Shown here piece after piece: positions 52,515-63,413 of a DNA stretch of 64,000 bases. Both the position numbers and the translations under genes were made by a program. The first letter of the stretch is position 1, and each line of letters begins with the position of its first letter. Source of the DNA: Polyangiaceae bacterium (GTDB taxonomy: Bacteria; Myxococcota_A; Polyangia; Polyangiales; Polyangiaceae); assembly GCA_035063585.1 (NCBI GenBank), contig JAPSGB010000003.1:352001-416000 (forward strand), in the 5' to 3' direction. Under the pieces are notes generated by a model. That model was given only the letters and a program-made list of their open reading frames with translations, was not told the DNA's origin and searched no databases.

Positions 52515-54536
52515 ATGACTCGTCGCGTCGTAGCGCTCGCGCTCGCCCCGCTCGCCGTTCTCTCGTGCAGCCCGACCACGCCGCCTGCCGAAGCGCCGCC
52601 GGTCGCGCCGGTGGTCGCGCCCGCTCCGGAGGATGGCGAAGAGCCGGTGACGCCGCCCAAGTACTCGCGGCTCGGGCGCGAGGAGCTGAACCGCCTGGCG
52701 GTGCGCGCGAACCTCCCCCTCTACTGGGCGGAGGACGAAAACCACGACGGCGCGGTCGACCCCGGCGAGGTGCACGCGCTCCTCTTCTATCCGCCCGCCG
52801 CGCGCTGGACGGAGCGCGGCGCGTTCACTCCTGCGTTCGCCGCCGCCTACCAAGGGCTCCTTCACGCCGCCCAGGCAGGCGCGCCGAGCGAGCCGCGGGA
52901 GCGGCTGGTGCTGGAGGATCTCGATCAGGGGAGAGCCACGCTCGTGCGCTCCGACCTGAGCGGGCTCGACGCGGCCGAGCAGGCGTTCGTCGCGCGGATC
53001 CTCGAGGCGACCGCGGTCATCGACGAGCTCTACGACGTGCAGACCGGGGCGGCCGCGCTGGCGCCCAGCGTCCCGAGCGGCGACGCGGCGAGCCAGAGCC
53101 TGTTCCGGAGAAACCGGGGTCCGAAGTGCCGCGCGCCGAAGACCGAGGGCAACCCCGAGTGCTCCGCGATCCCGGGCGCGCCGAAGCCGGTCGTCGACGT
53201 GTATCCGGCGAGCGTGCAGACGGGGCCCGATTTCTGCGCCGCGCTCGAGAAGCGCCCCGACGCCAAGACGCTCCTCACGCCGTTCACGGTGGTGCGCGAG
53301 GAAGGTGAGCGGCTCGTCGCAGTGCCGTACTCCAAGGCCTACGCCGGGCCGATGGGGCGCGTCGCCAGCGCGCTCGACGCGGCGGCTCGAGCGCTCACCA
53401 CTCCGAGCGAAGGCGCGCTCCGGAGCTACCTCGCCGCGGCCGCCGGGAGCTTCCGCTCGGGCGACTGGGGTCCGGCCGACGAGGCCTGGGCCAAGATGAC
53501 CGCGACCAACTCGAAGTGGTATCTTCGCGTCGCGCCCGACGAGACGTACTGGGATCCGTGCAGCCACAAGGCCGGTTTCCACCTCACCTTCGCGCGCATC
53601 AACCAGGCCTCGCTCGCGTGGCAGGAGAAGCTCACTCCTCACCGGAAGGACATGGAGGAGTCCCTCGCGAAGCTGATCGGCGCGCCCTATCGCGCCCGCC
53701 CCGTGACCTTCCACCTCCCCGACTTCATCGACATCGTGTGGAACGCGGGCGACGATCGCCAGGCCTTCGGCGCCACCATCGGTCAGAGCCTGCCGAACTG
53801 GGGCAAGGTCGCCAGCGAGGGCCGGGGGCGCACGGTCGCGATGAGCAACCTCTTCACCGACCCCGACAGCCGCGCCATGCGGCGCGAGCAGGCCGCGTCG
53901 CTGCTCGACGCCGAGGCGATGAAGCTCTTCTCCGATGAGCCGATGCCCGGACTCCTCGACACCATCTTGCACGAGGCGACCCACAACCTCGGCCCCGCTC
54001 ACGAGTACAGGTATCGAGGCAAGACGGCCGACCAGGCCTTCGGCGGTGAGCTCGCCAGCATGCTCGAGGAGCTGAAGGCGCAGACCGGCGCGCTCTATTT
54101 CCTCGAGTTCGCCAAGACGCGCGGGCTCATCTCGCCCGAGCTCGCCGCGCAGGCCTACGTCGACTCGTTCGTGTGGGCCTTCGGTCATATCTCGCGGGGT
54201 ATGACCACGCCGGACGGCCACCGCCGGCCCTATAGCCAGCTCGCCGCCATCCAGCTCGGCGCGCTCATCGACGAAGGCGCGCTCACGTGGGACCCGAAGC
54301 GGCCTGCCGCCAACGGCCGCGACCAGGGGGCCTTCAGCGTCGAGCCCGCGCGCTTCTCCGCCGCCGCCGAGAAGCTCATGAAGCTGGTGGCCACCATCAA
54401 GGCCAAGAACGACCGCGCCGCCGCCGAGGCGCTGGCGAAGCAGTACGTGGAGGGCGACGCGGTGCCGATGGCCACCATCGCCGAGCGCTACCTCCGCTTC
54501 CCGAAGGCGAGCCTCGTCTACGCCGTCGACCGCTGA
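52515..54536 (+). CDS. Peptidase M49 (dipeptidyl-peptidase III-like) lipoprotein
   Basis: VLSC lipobox, APDETYWD, IGQSLPN, ILHEATHNLGP and LEELKA. Confidence 0.75.
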   Translation: MTRRVVALALAPLAVLSCSPTTPPAEAPPVAPVVAPAPEDGEEPVTPPKYSRLGREELNRLAVRANLPLYWAEDENHDGAVDPGEVHALLFYPPAARWTERGAFTPAFAAAYQGLLHAAQAGAPSEPRERLVLEDLDQGRATLVRSDLSGLDAAEQAFVARILEATAVIDELYDVQTGAAALAPSVPSGDAASQSLFRRNRGPKCRAPKTEGNPECSAIPGAPKPVVDVYPASVQTGPDFCAALEKRPDAKTLLTPFTVVREEGERLVAVPYSKAYAGPMGRVASALDAAARALTTPSEGALRSYLAAAAGSFRSGDWGPADEAWAKMTATNSKWYLRVAPDETYWDPCSHKAGFHLTFARINQASLAWQEKLTPHRKDMEESLAKLIGAPYRARPVTFHLPDFIDIVWNAGDDRQAFGATIGQSLPNWGKVASEGRGRTVAMSNLFTDPDSRAMRREQAASLLDAEAMKLFSDEPMPGLLDTILHEATHNLGPAHEYRYRGKTADQAFGGELASMLEELKAQTGALYFLEFAKTRGLISPELAAQAYVDSFVWAFGHISRGMTTPDGHRRPYSQLAAIQLGALIDEGALTWDPKRPAANGRDQGAFSVEPARFSAAAEKLMKLVATIKAKNDRAAAEALAKQYVEGDAVPMATIAERYLRFPKASLVYAVDR

Positions 54537-54802
54537 GCCCAAGGCGCGCTCACTCGAGCATCGCCCGCCGCAGCGGCGCGTTCTCGACGTCGCGGCGCGG
54601 CGTGTCCCGTGGAGTCGCCGCACGGGCTCCTATCTGCGCGGCGCCGCCGCGCGCCCGAAGGGTCCCTCGCGAGGCCCGGTCCTCGCGGCCCGGGGTGTGC
54701 CGTCTTCCGGCGCGCTCGCTTTCCGCGAGCGAGGCCGCGCGGGTCCGTTGCGCGTCGCTCGCCGCCTTGACAATCCACGCGGGAACGGTCTGACTTACTC
54801 TG

Positions 54803-56851
54803 ATGCGGTTCATCTCGTTTCTCTTCGCTTCTTTCTCCTGCGCGGTCTTGCTCGCTGCATGCTCGTCCAAGCCCGAGGTCACCGGGCGGCCCGGGCCCGC
54901 GTCGTCGTCTACCGGGGGAGCCGCTGGCGCTCCGCCGACTGGGCAGGCCGGCGCCGGTGGCACGGGTGGCGGCTTCAATGTCGGATCGGGCGGGCAAGCG
55001 CAGGCGGGCGCGGGCGGCGCCGGTGGCGCGCCCGGGCCAGAGCCCGCTTACTGCGGCGATGGGCGGGTGGATTCCGGTGAGTCCTGCGACGACGGCAACG
55101 CCGACTCGGGCGACGGCTGTTCGGCGGGCTGCCAGCTCGAGCAGGGCTTCGCGTGTCTCGAGCCGGGCAAGCCGTGCGTCTCGACCGTCCGGTGCGGCGA
55201 CGGCAAGATCACGGGGGCCGAGACCTGCGAGGACGGCAACACGACGCCGGGCGACGGGTGCTCGGACACCTGTCGGCTCGAGCCCGGATACAGCTGCTTC
55301 GTGGTTGGCGCTTCGTGCGAGGCCGCCGCTTGCGGAGATGGCCTGCTCGCGGGCCGCGAGCAGTGCGACGACCACAACACCGCCAGCGGAGACGGCTGCT
55401 CGTCGACGTGCTCGCTCGAGCCGGGCTACAAGTGCGACGTCCCCGGCGCCGCTTGCGAGCAGACCGTGTGCGGCGACGGCAAGCCGGAGGGCACCGAGCA
55501 GTGCGACGACGGAAACCACGACATGGGGGATGGCTGCACCCCGGAGTGTAAGCTCGAGCCCGGTTGCCCGGTGGCCGGCGGGCCGTGCACGACCCGCTGC
55601 GGCGACGGGTTCCGCTTCGCCGGGGACGCCAAAGAGTGCGAGGACGGCAACACGAAGAGCGGCGACGGCTGCTCGGCGGACTGCAAGATCGAGCCCGGCT
55701 TCACCTGCGCCGAGGTGCCGTCGGCCGACAAGAATCGCCTCGAGCTCCCCATCGTCATCCGCGATTTCGATCAGACCCACCCGGACTTCGAGTCGTTCAG
55801 CGGGAGCGGCACCGCCAACTTGGTCGAGCAGACGCTCGGCGCCGACGGCAAGCCGGTCTTGAGGGCCACCCTCGGCCAGATCACCAGCGCGGCCACGTTC
55901 GCGCAGTGGTTCAAGGACGTTCCCTGCGCTCCAGGCGTCAAGAACGACTGCAACATCACCTTCTTGCAGACGCTCGCGCTCGACCGAGTCGGGATGTCAC
56001 CAAGTTACGCGTTTTCGAGCAGCGCGTTCTTCCCGATCGAGGGCATCGGTTTTGGCAACTTCCAGTCCCCGTCGCATAACTACAATTTCACGAGCGAGGT
56101 CCGCTATTGGTTCCAGTATAAGGGCGGCGAGATCCTGAATTTCACTGGCGATGATGACGTCTGGGTCTTCATCAACAAGAAGCTCGCGGTCGATTTGGGC
56201 GGCCTACACTCCGAGCGGAGCGGGAGCATCACCCTCCACGCCTCGGACGGGACCGGCTCTGCCTCCGATTTCGTCGGCGCGAACCGCACGGTGAGTCTCG
56301 GGCTCGCTCTCGGTCAGGTGTATGAGATCGTGGTCTTCCAGGCCGAGCGTCACTCGACCGGCTCGAACTACAAGCTCACGCTCGGCAACTTCACGAACCT
56401 GCCCACCACCTGCCAGAGCCAGTGCGGTGACGGCACTCGCACTCCCGACGAGGTCTGCGATGACGGCACCGCCGCAAATGACGGCCGCTATGGCGGATGC
56501 AACGCCGACTGTACGCGGGGCCCCTTCTGCGGCGATGGCGCGCTGCAAGCCGGAGACGGTGAAGCCTGCGACGACGGCGTGAACTCGAGCCCGTACGGCA
56601 CCGGCAAGTGCGCGCCCGGCTGCAAGCTCGCGAGCTACTGCGGAGACGGCAACGTCGACAGCGCCTTCGGCGAGAAGTGCGACGATGGCGCCGCTCGGAA
56701 CGACGGTCGCTACGGAGGATGCAAGGCCGACTGCACGCTCGGGCCGCGCTGCGGGGACGGCAAGAAGGATGCGGGGGAGGAGTGCGACGAAGGGAAGAAC
56801 AACGGGGGCGACACCTGCACCGCCACCTGTAAGCGGCGCGACATCAGGTAG
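54803..56851 (+). CDS. Myxococcus Cys-rich repeat (DUF4215) plus fibro-slime/PA14-domain lipoprotein
   Basis: LAAC lipobox; CGDG...E.CDDGN..GDGCS..C..E.G repeats; IRDF..HPDFE, HNYNFTSE, FTGDDDVWVFIN, DLGGLH and FQAER. Confidence 0.9.
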   Translation: MRFISFLFASFSCAVLLAACSSKPEVTGRPGPASSSTGGAAGAPPTGQAGAGGTGGGFNVGSGGQAQAGAGGAGGAPGPEPAYCGDGRVDSGESCDDGNADSGDGCSAGCQLEQGFACLEPGKPCVSTVRCGDGKITGAETCEDGNTTPGDGCSDTCRLEPGYSCFVVGASCEAAACGDGLLAGREQCDDHNTASGDGCSSTCSLEPGYKCDVPGAACEQTVCGDGKPEGTEQCDDGNHDMGDGCTPECKLEPGCPVAGGPCTTRCGDGFRFAGDAKECEDGNTKSGDGCSADCKIEPGFTCAEVPSADKNRLELPIVIRDFDQTHPDFESFSGSGTANLVEQTLGADGKPVLRATLGQITSAATFAQWFKDVPCAPGVKNDCNITFLQTLALDRVGMSPSYAFSSSAFFPIEGIGFGNFQSPSHNYNFTSEVRYWFQYKGGEILNFTGDDDVWVFINKKLAVDLGGLHSERSGSITLHASDGTGSASDFVGANRTVSLGLALGQVYEIVVFQAERHSTGSNYKLTLGNFTNLPTTCQSQCGDGTRTPDEVCDDGTAANDGRYGGCNADCTRGPFCGDGALQAGDGEACDDGVNSSPYGTGKCAPGCKLASYCGDGNVDSAFGEKCDDGAARNDGRYGGCKADCTLGPRCGDGKKDAGEECDEGKNNGGDTCTATCKRRDIR

Positions 56852-57018
56852 CCGGCGGCGGCTTGCCCCGCCGCGCGCGGGGCCTCGAGCCGCCCGGCCC
56901 CGCGCCGAACCGACCCAAAAGAACCACGCTGCCCGAGCCGGGTCCGCTCGCGCTTGCGCTCGCGGTCGAGCTGACCAAGGTTTGCCCCCGAGATGCTCTC
57001 AGGGAAGCGAGGCAAGAG

Positions 57019-59388
57019 ATGAGTGAACCGATTCGTCGAGTAGGCGTCATCGGCGCCGGCGTGATGGGCGCCGGCATCGCGGCGCATCTGGCCAACGCGA
57101 GCGTCGAGGTGCTCTTGCTAGACATCGTCCCGCCTACCTTGACGGACGAGGAGAGGAAGAGCCGGGCGGCGCGCAGCCGCTTCGCCGAGGCGGGGCTCGC
57201 GGGCGCGCTCAAGGCGAAGCCTGCGGCCTTCTTCCACAAGAGCCGCGCGGCGCTGGTGACCACCGGGAACTTGGAAGACGATCTCGCCGCGCTCGCCGGG
57301 TGCGACCTCGTCGTCGAGGCCATCGTCGAGCGGCTCGACCTCAAGCAGCAGCTCTTCGAGCGGCTCGAAGGGGTGATCGGGGAAGAGACGATCGTCGCCT
57401 CGAACACCTCGGGGCTGCGCATCCATGACCTGGTCGCGGGGCGCGGCGAGCGATTTCGTAAGCACTTCTGCGTGATGCACTTCTTCAATCCGGTGCGCTA
57501 CATGAAGCTGCTCGAGTTGGTGGCGGGCCCCGAGACGGACGCCTCCGTCATCGAGCGGGTGCGACGCTTCGGCGAGGAGGCGCTCGGTAAGGGTATCGTG
57601 CTCGCGAACGACACCCCGAACTTCGTCGGTAACCGGATCGGTACGCACGCGATGCTGGTCGGTATCCATGAGATGCTGAAGCGGAAGCTCGCGCCCGAGG
57701 ATCTGGACGCGGTCACCGGGGCCCCGATGGCGCACCCGAAGAGCGCGAGCTTCCGCACCGCGGACATGGTCGGCCTCGATACGCTGATGCACGTCGCGGA
57801 CAACTGCCACGCCGCGCTCACGAGCGATCCGGAGCGTGAGGTCTTCGCGCTCCCTCCGTACGTCCGCACCATGGTGGAGCGCAAGCTCCTCGGCAACAAG
57901 ACGAAGGGCGGCTTCTACCGGAAGAGCGGGACTGACATCCAGACCTTCGATCCTTACCGCCTCGAATATCGCAGCAAGGGAGGGGACGGCGCGATCCGCG
58001 GAAAATGCAAGGAGCTCGGCCAAGTCGAGGACCCGAGAGAGCGCGTCCGTAGGCTCTTCGCCGACGAGGGGCCAGCCGGAGATTTCGCCTGGAGCATCCT
58101 CGCGCGCGTGTTCGCTTACTCGGCGAGCATGGTCGGCGAGATCACGAGCAGCATCGCGAGCATCGATGATGCCATGCGCTGGGGCTACAATTGGGAGCTC
58201 GGCCCGTTCGAGGCGTGGGATGCGATGGGCTTCGAGCGCGTCTGCGAGCGGATGGTGAAGGACGGCATCGCGCTGCCGAAGAGCGTCGTCGAGATGCGCG
58301 CCAAGGGCGCGAAGTCCTTCTACGACGGCGAGCGGCTCTTCGAGCTCGGCCGCGGCGAGTACGCTCCGCGCGCGCAGGACCGGCGGGCGCGCCCGCTCTC
58401 CGCGCTCCGGCACGGCTCCGCGCCGGTCCTCCGCAACGGTGGCGCCGAGGCGTGGGATCTCGGCGACGGCGTGCTCGGCGTGACCTATACGAGCAAGGCC
58501 AACACCATCGATCAGGACGTCATCGCCATGCTGGGCGAGGCGGTCGAGCGCGCCGAGCGCGACTTTCGCGCGGTCGTCATCGCCAACCAGGGCGAGCACT
58601 TCAGCGTCGGCGCCAATCTCTTCGGAGTGGTGGTCGCCGCGCAACAGCAGCAGTGGGACGCGCTCGGTGAGCTCGTACACGCCTTGCAGCAGGCCGGCCA
58701 GCGGCTGAAGTACGCGCGCGTCCCGGTGGTCGCGGCGCCCTTCGGCATGACGGTCGGCGGCGGGCTCGAGGTCTGCCTCGCGTCGGACGCCGTCCAGGCC
58801 TCGGCCGAGACCTACGCGGGGCTGGTCGAGGTCGGAGTCGGGCTCGTTCCGGCTGGCGGCGGCTGCACCAACCTCGTGTGGCGCTCGCTCGAAGGCATCC
58901 CGGAGGGAGCGGACGTCATCGTCCAGTCGCTCATCGCGCAGGTGTTCAAGAACATCGCCATGGCGAACGTCGCGACCAGCGCGGAGATGGCGAAGGAGTA
59001 CGGGTATTTCCGCAAGACCGACGGCGTCACCTTCGACAAGGCGCGGCTCGTCTCGGATGCCAAGGCGCGCGCGCTCGGGCTCGCCGAGAGCGGCTATCAC
59101 CCCCCTGCGCCGAGGAGCCACCTGCTGCCCGGCGAGAGCGGCGTCGCGACGCTCGGCATGATGGTGGACACCCTGGTCGCCGGTGGTTACGCGACCGAGT
59201 ACGATGGGTTCATCGCTCGCAAGCTCGCGCGCATCCTCTGCGGCGGCGAGGCCGGCGCGGCGGCTCCCGTCACCGAGCAGCAGATGCTCGATCTCGAACG
59301 CGAGGCGTTCCTGTCGCTGTGCGGTGAGGAGCGAACCCTCGCCCGCATGCAGCACATGCTGATGAACAACAAGCCGCTCAGGAACTAG
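57019..59388 (+). CDS. 3-hydroxyacyl-CoA dehydrogenase/enoyl-CoA hydratase (FadN-type domain order)
   Basis: VIGAGVMGAGIA, ASNTSG, HFFNPVRYM, FSVGANL, GGGLE, GLVEVGVGLVP and KPLRN. Confidence 0.93.
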   Translation: MSEPIRRVGVIGAGVMGAGIAAHLANASVEVLLLDIVPPTLTDEERKSRAARSRFAEAGLAGALKAKPAAFFHKSRAALVTTGNLEDDLAALAGCDLVVEAIVERLDLKQQLFERLEGVIGEETIVASNTSGLRIHDLVAGRGERFRKHFCVMHFFNPVRYMKLLELVAGPETDASVIERVRRFGEEALGKGIVLANDTPNFVGNRIGTHAMLVGIHEMLKRKLAPEDLDAVTGAPMAHPKSASFRTADMVGLDTLMHVADNCHAALTSDPEREVFALPPYVRTMVERKLLGNKTKGGFYRKSGTDIQTFDPYRLEYRSKGGDGAIRGKCKELGQVEDPRERVRRLFADEGPAGDFAWSILARVFAYSASMVGEITSSIASIDDAMRWGYNWELGPFEAWDAMGFERVCERMVKDGIALPKSVVEMRAKGAKSFYDGERLFELGRGEYAPRAQDRRARPLSALRHGSAPVLRNGGAEAWDLGDGVLGVTYTSKANTIDQDVIAMLGEAVERAERDFRAVVIANQGEHFSVGANLFGVVVAAQQQQWDALGELVHALQQAGQRLKYARVPVVAAPFGMTVGGGLEVCLASDAVQASAETYAGLVEVGVGLVPAGGGCTNLVWRSLEGIPEGADVIVQSLIAQVFKNIAMANVATSAEMAKEYGYFRKTDGVTFDKARLVSDAKARALGLAESGYHPPAPRSHLLPGESGVATLGMMVDTLVAGGYATEYDGFIARKLARILCGGEAGAAAPVTEQQMLDLEREAFLSLCGEERTLARMQHMLMNNKPLRN

Positions 59389-59399
59389 AGGAGAGACCC

Positions 59400-60563
59400 A
59401 TGGCGGATATCGCAATCATCGAGGCGGTTCGTTCCGCGGTCGGCAAGGCCGGGAAGGGCTCGCTCGCGCACAAACGCCCGGACGAGCTCGCTGGCGAGGT
59501 GATCGCCGGGCTCCTCGCGCGCGTCCCGGCGCTCGAGCCCGACATGATCGACGACGTAGTGCTCGGCTGCGCGATGCCGGAGGGCGAGCAAGGGCTCAAC
59601 GTGGCGCGGGTCGCCGCGCTGCTCGCCGGGCTGCCGGTCGAGACGGGCGGCATGACGGTGAACCGCTTCTGCTCGAGCGGGCTGCAGGCGATCGCGATCG
59701 CGGCGGGAGCGGTCGCGCTCGGCTCGCACGAGATCGTGGTGGCCGGCGGCGTGGAGAGCATGAGCATGGTGCCCATGACGGGTAACAAGATCAGCGTGAG
59801 CCCGGTCGCCATGAGCCATGGCGGTGGTGTGTACACCCCGATGGGCATCACCGCCGAGAACGTGGCCCAGCGCTTCGAGGTGAGCCGCGAGGCGCAGGAC
59901 GCCTTCGCGCTCGAGAGCCAACAAAAGGCGGCGCGCGCCCGGGCCGCGGGGAACTTCGAGGACGAGGTCGTGACCGTCAGGGCCGTTCGCTACGAGGGGG
60001 GCAAGCACGTCGAGTTCGATTTTCGCACCGATGAGCTCATTCGCCCCGACACCACCCTGGAGGGGCTCGCGCGCCTGAAGCCGAGTTTCGCGGTGAACGG
60101 CTCGGTCACCCCGGGCAATGCCTCGCCGCTCAGCGACGGCGCCGCCGCGGCCCTCGTGATGTCGAAAGAGAAGGCGGCGGCGCTCGGTATCAGGCCGCGC
60201 GCCTGGTTCCGGCACTTCACGACCGCCGGGGTCGATCCGACCATCATGGGCATTGGCCCCATCCCGGCGGTGGAGAAGCTCTTCCGTCAGACGGGGCTCG
60301 CGATGAAGGACATCGACGTCATCGAGCTGAACGAGGCGTTCGCGTCGCAGTCGGTGGTCGTAAAGCGCAAGCTCGACATACCGAGCGAGAAGCTCAACCC
60401 GAGCGGCGGCGCCATCGCGCTCGGGCACCCGCTCGGCTGCACCGGCGCCAAGCTGGTGGCCACCATCATCCGCGAGCTCGAGCGGCGCAAGGCGCGGCGC
60501 GGCATCGTGACCATGTGCATCGGCGGCGGGATGGGCGCCGCGGGGCTCATCGAGCTCGCCTGA
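59400..60563 (+). CDS. fadA: Acetyl-CoA acyltransferase (thiolase)
   Basis: VNRFCSSG, NEAFA, GAIALGHPLG and MCIGGGMG. Confidence 0.93.
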   Translation: MADIAIIEAVRSAVGKAGKGSLAHKRPDELAGEVIAGLLARVPALEPDMIDDVVLGCAMPEGEQGLNVARVAALLAGLPVETGGMTVNRFCSSGLQAIAIAAGAVALGSHEIVVAGGVESMSMVPMTGNKISVSPVAMSHGGGVYTPMGITAENVAQRFEVSREAQDAFALESQQKAARARAAGNFEDEVVTVRAVRYEGGKHVEFDFRTDELIRPDTTLEGLARLKPSFAVNGSVTPGNASPLSDGAAAALVMSKEKAAALGIRPRAWFRHFTTAGVDPTIMGIGPIPAVEKLFRQTGLAMKDIDVIELNEAFASQSVVVKRKLDIPSEKLNPSGGAIALGHPLGCTGAKLVATIIRELERRKARRGIVTMCIGGGMGAAGLIELA

Positions 60564-60667
60564 GCCGCGGCTGCTCGGGTAGGGCCGGCGGCGAGCGCCG
60601 GGCGTGCCGCTCCCGGCTTTCCCTCCCGCCCGGCGTGGTCTAACGTCGGACGCGGGAGGCAGACTTC

Positions 60668-62194
60668 ATGAGCTTGAACCTCGCGCTCGTGCTCCGAGAG
60701 AGCGCACGACGCAGCCCTGACGCCATCGCCCTCGGCATCGGCGACACACGGATGAGCTACGCCAAGCTCGACGAGCTCGCGCGCCGCTTCGCTGGCGCGC
60801 TCGCTGGGCTCGGGCTCACGCGCGGTGAGCACGTGGCGCTCATGCTGCCGAACGTTCCCGGTTTCACCATCGCCTATTTCGGCGCGCACTACGCGGGCGC
60901 CGCGGTGGTGCCGCTGAATGTGCTCCTCACCGCGGACGAGATCGCCTACCACCTCGAGGACTCCCGCGCGGTGGCGCTCGTGGTGTGGGAAGGTTTCGCC
61001 GAGCAAGCGGCCGTCGCCTTCGCGCGGGTCGCCTCGTGCAAGCATCTCATCCTTGCCCGCGCGGATGCGAGCGATCTCACGGCGCCGGGCGGTGCGAAGA
61101 ACATGTCCGCGCTCATCGGCGGCGCGACGCCGGTCACCGAGCTCCCCGACACGACCGCCGAAGACACGGCCGTGATCCTCTACACCTCCGGGACCACCGG
61201 GCGGCCGAAGGGTGCGGAGCTCACGCACTTCAACATGTTCTATAACGCGCAGTTCACCGCGACGCGGCTCCTGCCGATGGGCCCGGACACCATCGCGCTC
61301 GCCGTCCTCCCGCTGTTTCACAGCTTCGGGCAGACGGTGATGCACAACGCCGTGCTGTTCGCGGGTGGGCAGATCGTGCTCTTGCCCCGCTTCGAGCCGA
61401 AGGCGGCCTTCGAGGTGATGCAGGCGCGCAAGGTGTCGCTCTTCGCCGGCGTCCCGACCATGTATTTTGCGCTGCTTCATCACCCGGAGGCGGCGAAGTA
61501 CGATCTCTCGAGCTTACGCTTTTGCGCCTCGGGGGGCGCCGCGATGCCGGTCGAGGTGATGCGCGCGTTCGACGCGAAGTACGGCGTGAACATCCTCGAG
61601 GGCTATGGGCTCTCCGAGACGTCGCCGGTGGCGAGCTTCAACGTGCTCGATCGGCCGAAGAAGGCCGGCTCCATCGGGCTCCCGATCTGGGGCGTCGAGT
61701 TTCGCTTGGTGGACGCCGCGGGCGCCGTCATCCTCGCGAATGACGTCCCGGGTGAGATCCAGATCAAGGGGCACAACGTGATGAAGGGCTATTTCGAGCG
61801 GCCCGAGGCCACCGCCGAGGCCATCCGCGGTGGGTGGTTCGCGACCGGCGACATCGCGACGCGCGACGCGGAGGGCTACTACTTCATCGTCGATCGCAAG
61901 AAGGACATGGTCATCCGCGGTGGCTATAACGTGTACCCGCGCGAGATCGAGGAGGTGCTCTACGCGCACCCGGCGATCGCCGAGGTTGCGGTCATCGGCG
62001 TGCCGGACGCGTCGCACGGCGAGGAGGTGAAGGCCGTCCTCGTGCTGAAGGCCGGCGCCACGCTCACCGCGGACGAGGTCATCGCCTACACGCGAGAGCA
62101 CTTGGCCGCGTACAAGTATCCGCGGCTCATCGAGTTCCGCGACGCGCTGCCGAAGGGCCCGACCGGCAAGATCCTGAAGCGCGAGCTCCGCTGA
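60668..62194 (+). CDS. fadD: Long-chain-fatty-acid-CoA ligase
   Basis: YTSGTTGRPKG, LPLFH, EGYGLSET, GWFATGD and PKGPTGKILK; SD GGAGG. Confidence 0.9.
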   Translation: MSLNLALVLRESARRSPDAIALGIGDTRMSYAKLDELARRFAGALAGLGLTRGEHVALMLPNVPGFTIAYFGAHYAGAAVVPLNVLLTADEIAYHLEDSRAVALVVWEGFAEQAAVAFARVASCKHLILARADASDLTAPGGAKNMSALIGGATPVTELPDTTAEDTAVILYTSGTTGRPKGAELTHFNMFYNAQFTATRLLPMGPDTIALAVLPLFHSFGQTVMHNAVLFAGGQIVLLPRFEPKAAFEVMQARKVSLFAGVPTMYFALLHHPEAAKYDLSSLRFCASGGAAMPVEVMRAFDAKYGVNILEGYGLSETSPVASFNVLDRPKKAGSIGLPIWGVEFRLVDAAGAVILANDVPGEIQIKGHNVMKGYFERPEATAEAIRGGWFATGDIATRDAEGYYFIVDRKKDMVIRGGYNVYPREIEEVLYAHPAIAEVAVIGVPDASHGEEVKAVLVLKAGATLTADEVIAYTREHLAAYKYPRLIEFRDALPKGPTGKILKRELR

Positions 62195-62290
62195 GACGCG
62201 GCGGCGCGAGGCCGTCGCGAGCCGCTCGGGACGCGCTCGGGGCTCGCGCCGCAGCTTGACGCACTTCAGCGCTAGCGGCATGATTCAAGC

Positions 62291-63304
62291 ATGCTTCGTC
62301 GGGTGTTGGGCGTAGCCTCTCTCGCCGCCCCGCTCATCGTCGGCGCGTGCGGCTCTTCGAGCGGCGACGACTTCTTCGCCGGAGGCGGCGCGAGCGGTGG
62401 CTCACCCGGAACCGGAGGGATGAACGCGGCAGGAGCCGGGGGTGGCGCCGGCGCGGGGAGTGGAGGCGCGGGCGCGGGCGGGCTCGTCGGCACGGGCGGC
62501 GGCGGGGCCGGTTCGGCGGGGGCTGGTGCCGCGGGCTGCGACCTCTCCGGTCGATGGGCCTCTTACGCCGAGATCCGCGTGAGTTGGCCGGGGACGGCCG
62601 TGATCGAGGGAGGCAGCGGCGCGATCCAGGTCTGGCTCTTGCACGAGCGTACGCAGGCGGGGAGTGCCGTGGATGACGTCGTGCACCTCTGCGGGGTGCA
62701 GCTCCCCGGCTTCGACACCGGGCTACTCGGCGCCTACGAAAAGTACGCCGTGCGCTTCCTCGCCGAGACGTTCGATCCGTTTCCGACCTTCCCGGCGCGC
62801 GCGACCGTCGATCCGGCGGGGGCGGTCGCGTCGGAGCCCTTCGCGATCGTGTTCGGCGTAAGGCTCGCCAATCCGCTGGTCGACGCCTGGCCGGCGCTGA
62901 GCAAGCTCCAGTCGGAGGACACCGACGTCGACGGGAACCCCGCGGTCACGGTGTCATGCGAGCGAGGCGGGGGCCACTCGCTGCCTCCGGTAGAGATTTC
63001 TCGGTTGAAGCGCGCCAAGGCGCTCTTCGTCGCGTCGCGCACGGCGGCGAAGCTCGCGGCGTCGCTCGCCGGTTGCGATGAGATGAGCGGCACGGTGACC
63101 GCCGTGCCGGTCGGCCAGGGCTCCGGGATCGGCTCGCACATCACCGGGTGCGAGCTCGAGGGCGGAGGGTCCTGCAGCCCAGCGCAAGCCTCGTTCGTGG
63201 ACTCGAACTCTCCGGTGTTCGGCCCGGCCGAAGGGAGCACGTTCACCTCGAGACGTGTCGACGCCGGAGCGACCTGCGCCAACGTGCGAGGGATGTACCC
63301 CTGA
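62291..63304 (+). CDS. Hypothetical lipoprotein with Gly-rich linker
   Basis: VGAC lipobox, Gly/Ala linker, and a Cys-containing beta-rich domain with DxDxDGNP. Confidence 0.7.
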   Translation: MLRRVLGVASLAAPLIVGACGSSSGDDFFAGGGASGGSPGTGGMNAAGAGGGAGAGSGGAGAGGLVGTGGGGAGSAGAGAAGCDLSGRWASYAEIRVSWPGTAVIEGGSGAIQVWLLHERTQAGSAVDDVVHLCGVQLPGFDTGLLGAYEKYAVRFLAETFDPFPTFPARATVDPAGAVASEPFAIVFGVRLANPLVDAWPALSKLQSEDTDVDGNPAVTVSCERGGGHSLPPVEISRLKRAKALFVASRTAAKLAASLAGCDEMSGTVTAVPVGQGSGIGSHITGCELEGGGSCSPAQASFVDSNSPVFGPAEGSTFTSRRVDAGATCANVRGMYP

Positions 63305-63413
63305 GGAGCAGGCGGTCCCCGCGCGCTGGGCCCGCCGCGCACGCCGAGGTCTCCGGAGCGCGGCGAGTCCGTCGAGGTTGTGAAGCGAGCCGGGGACGGG
63401 CATCATCTGACGG

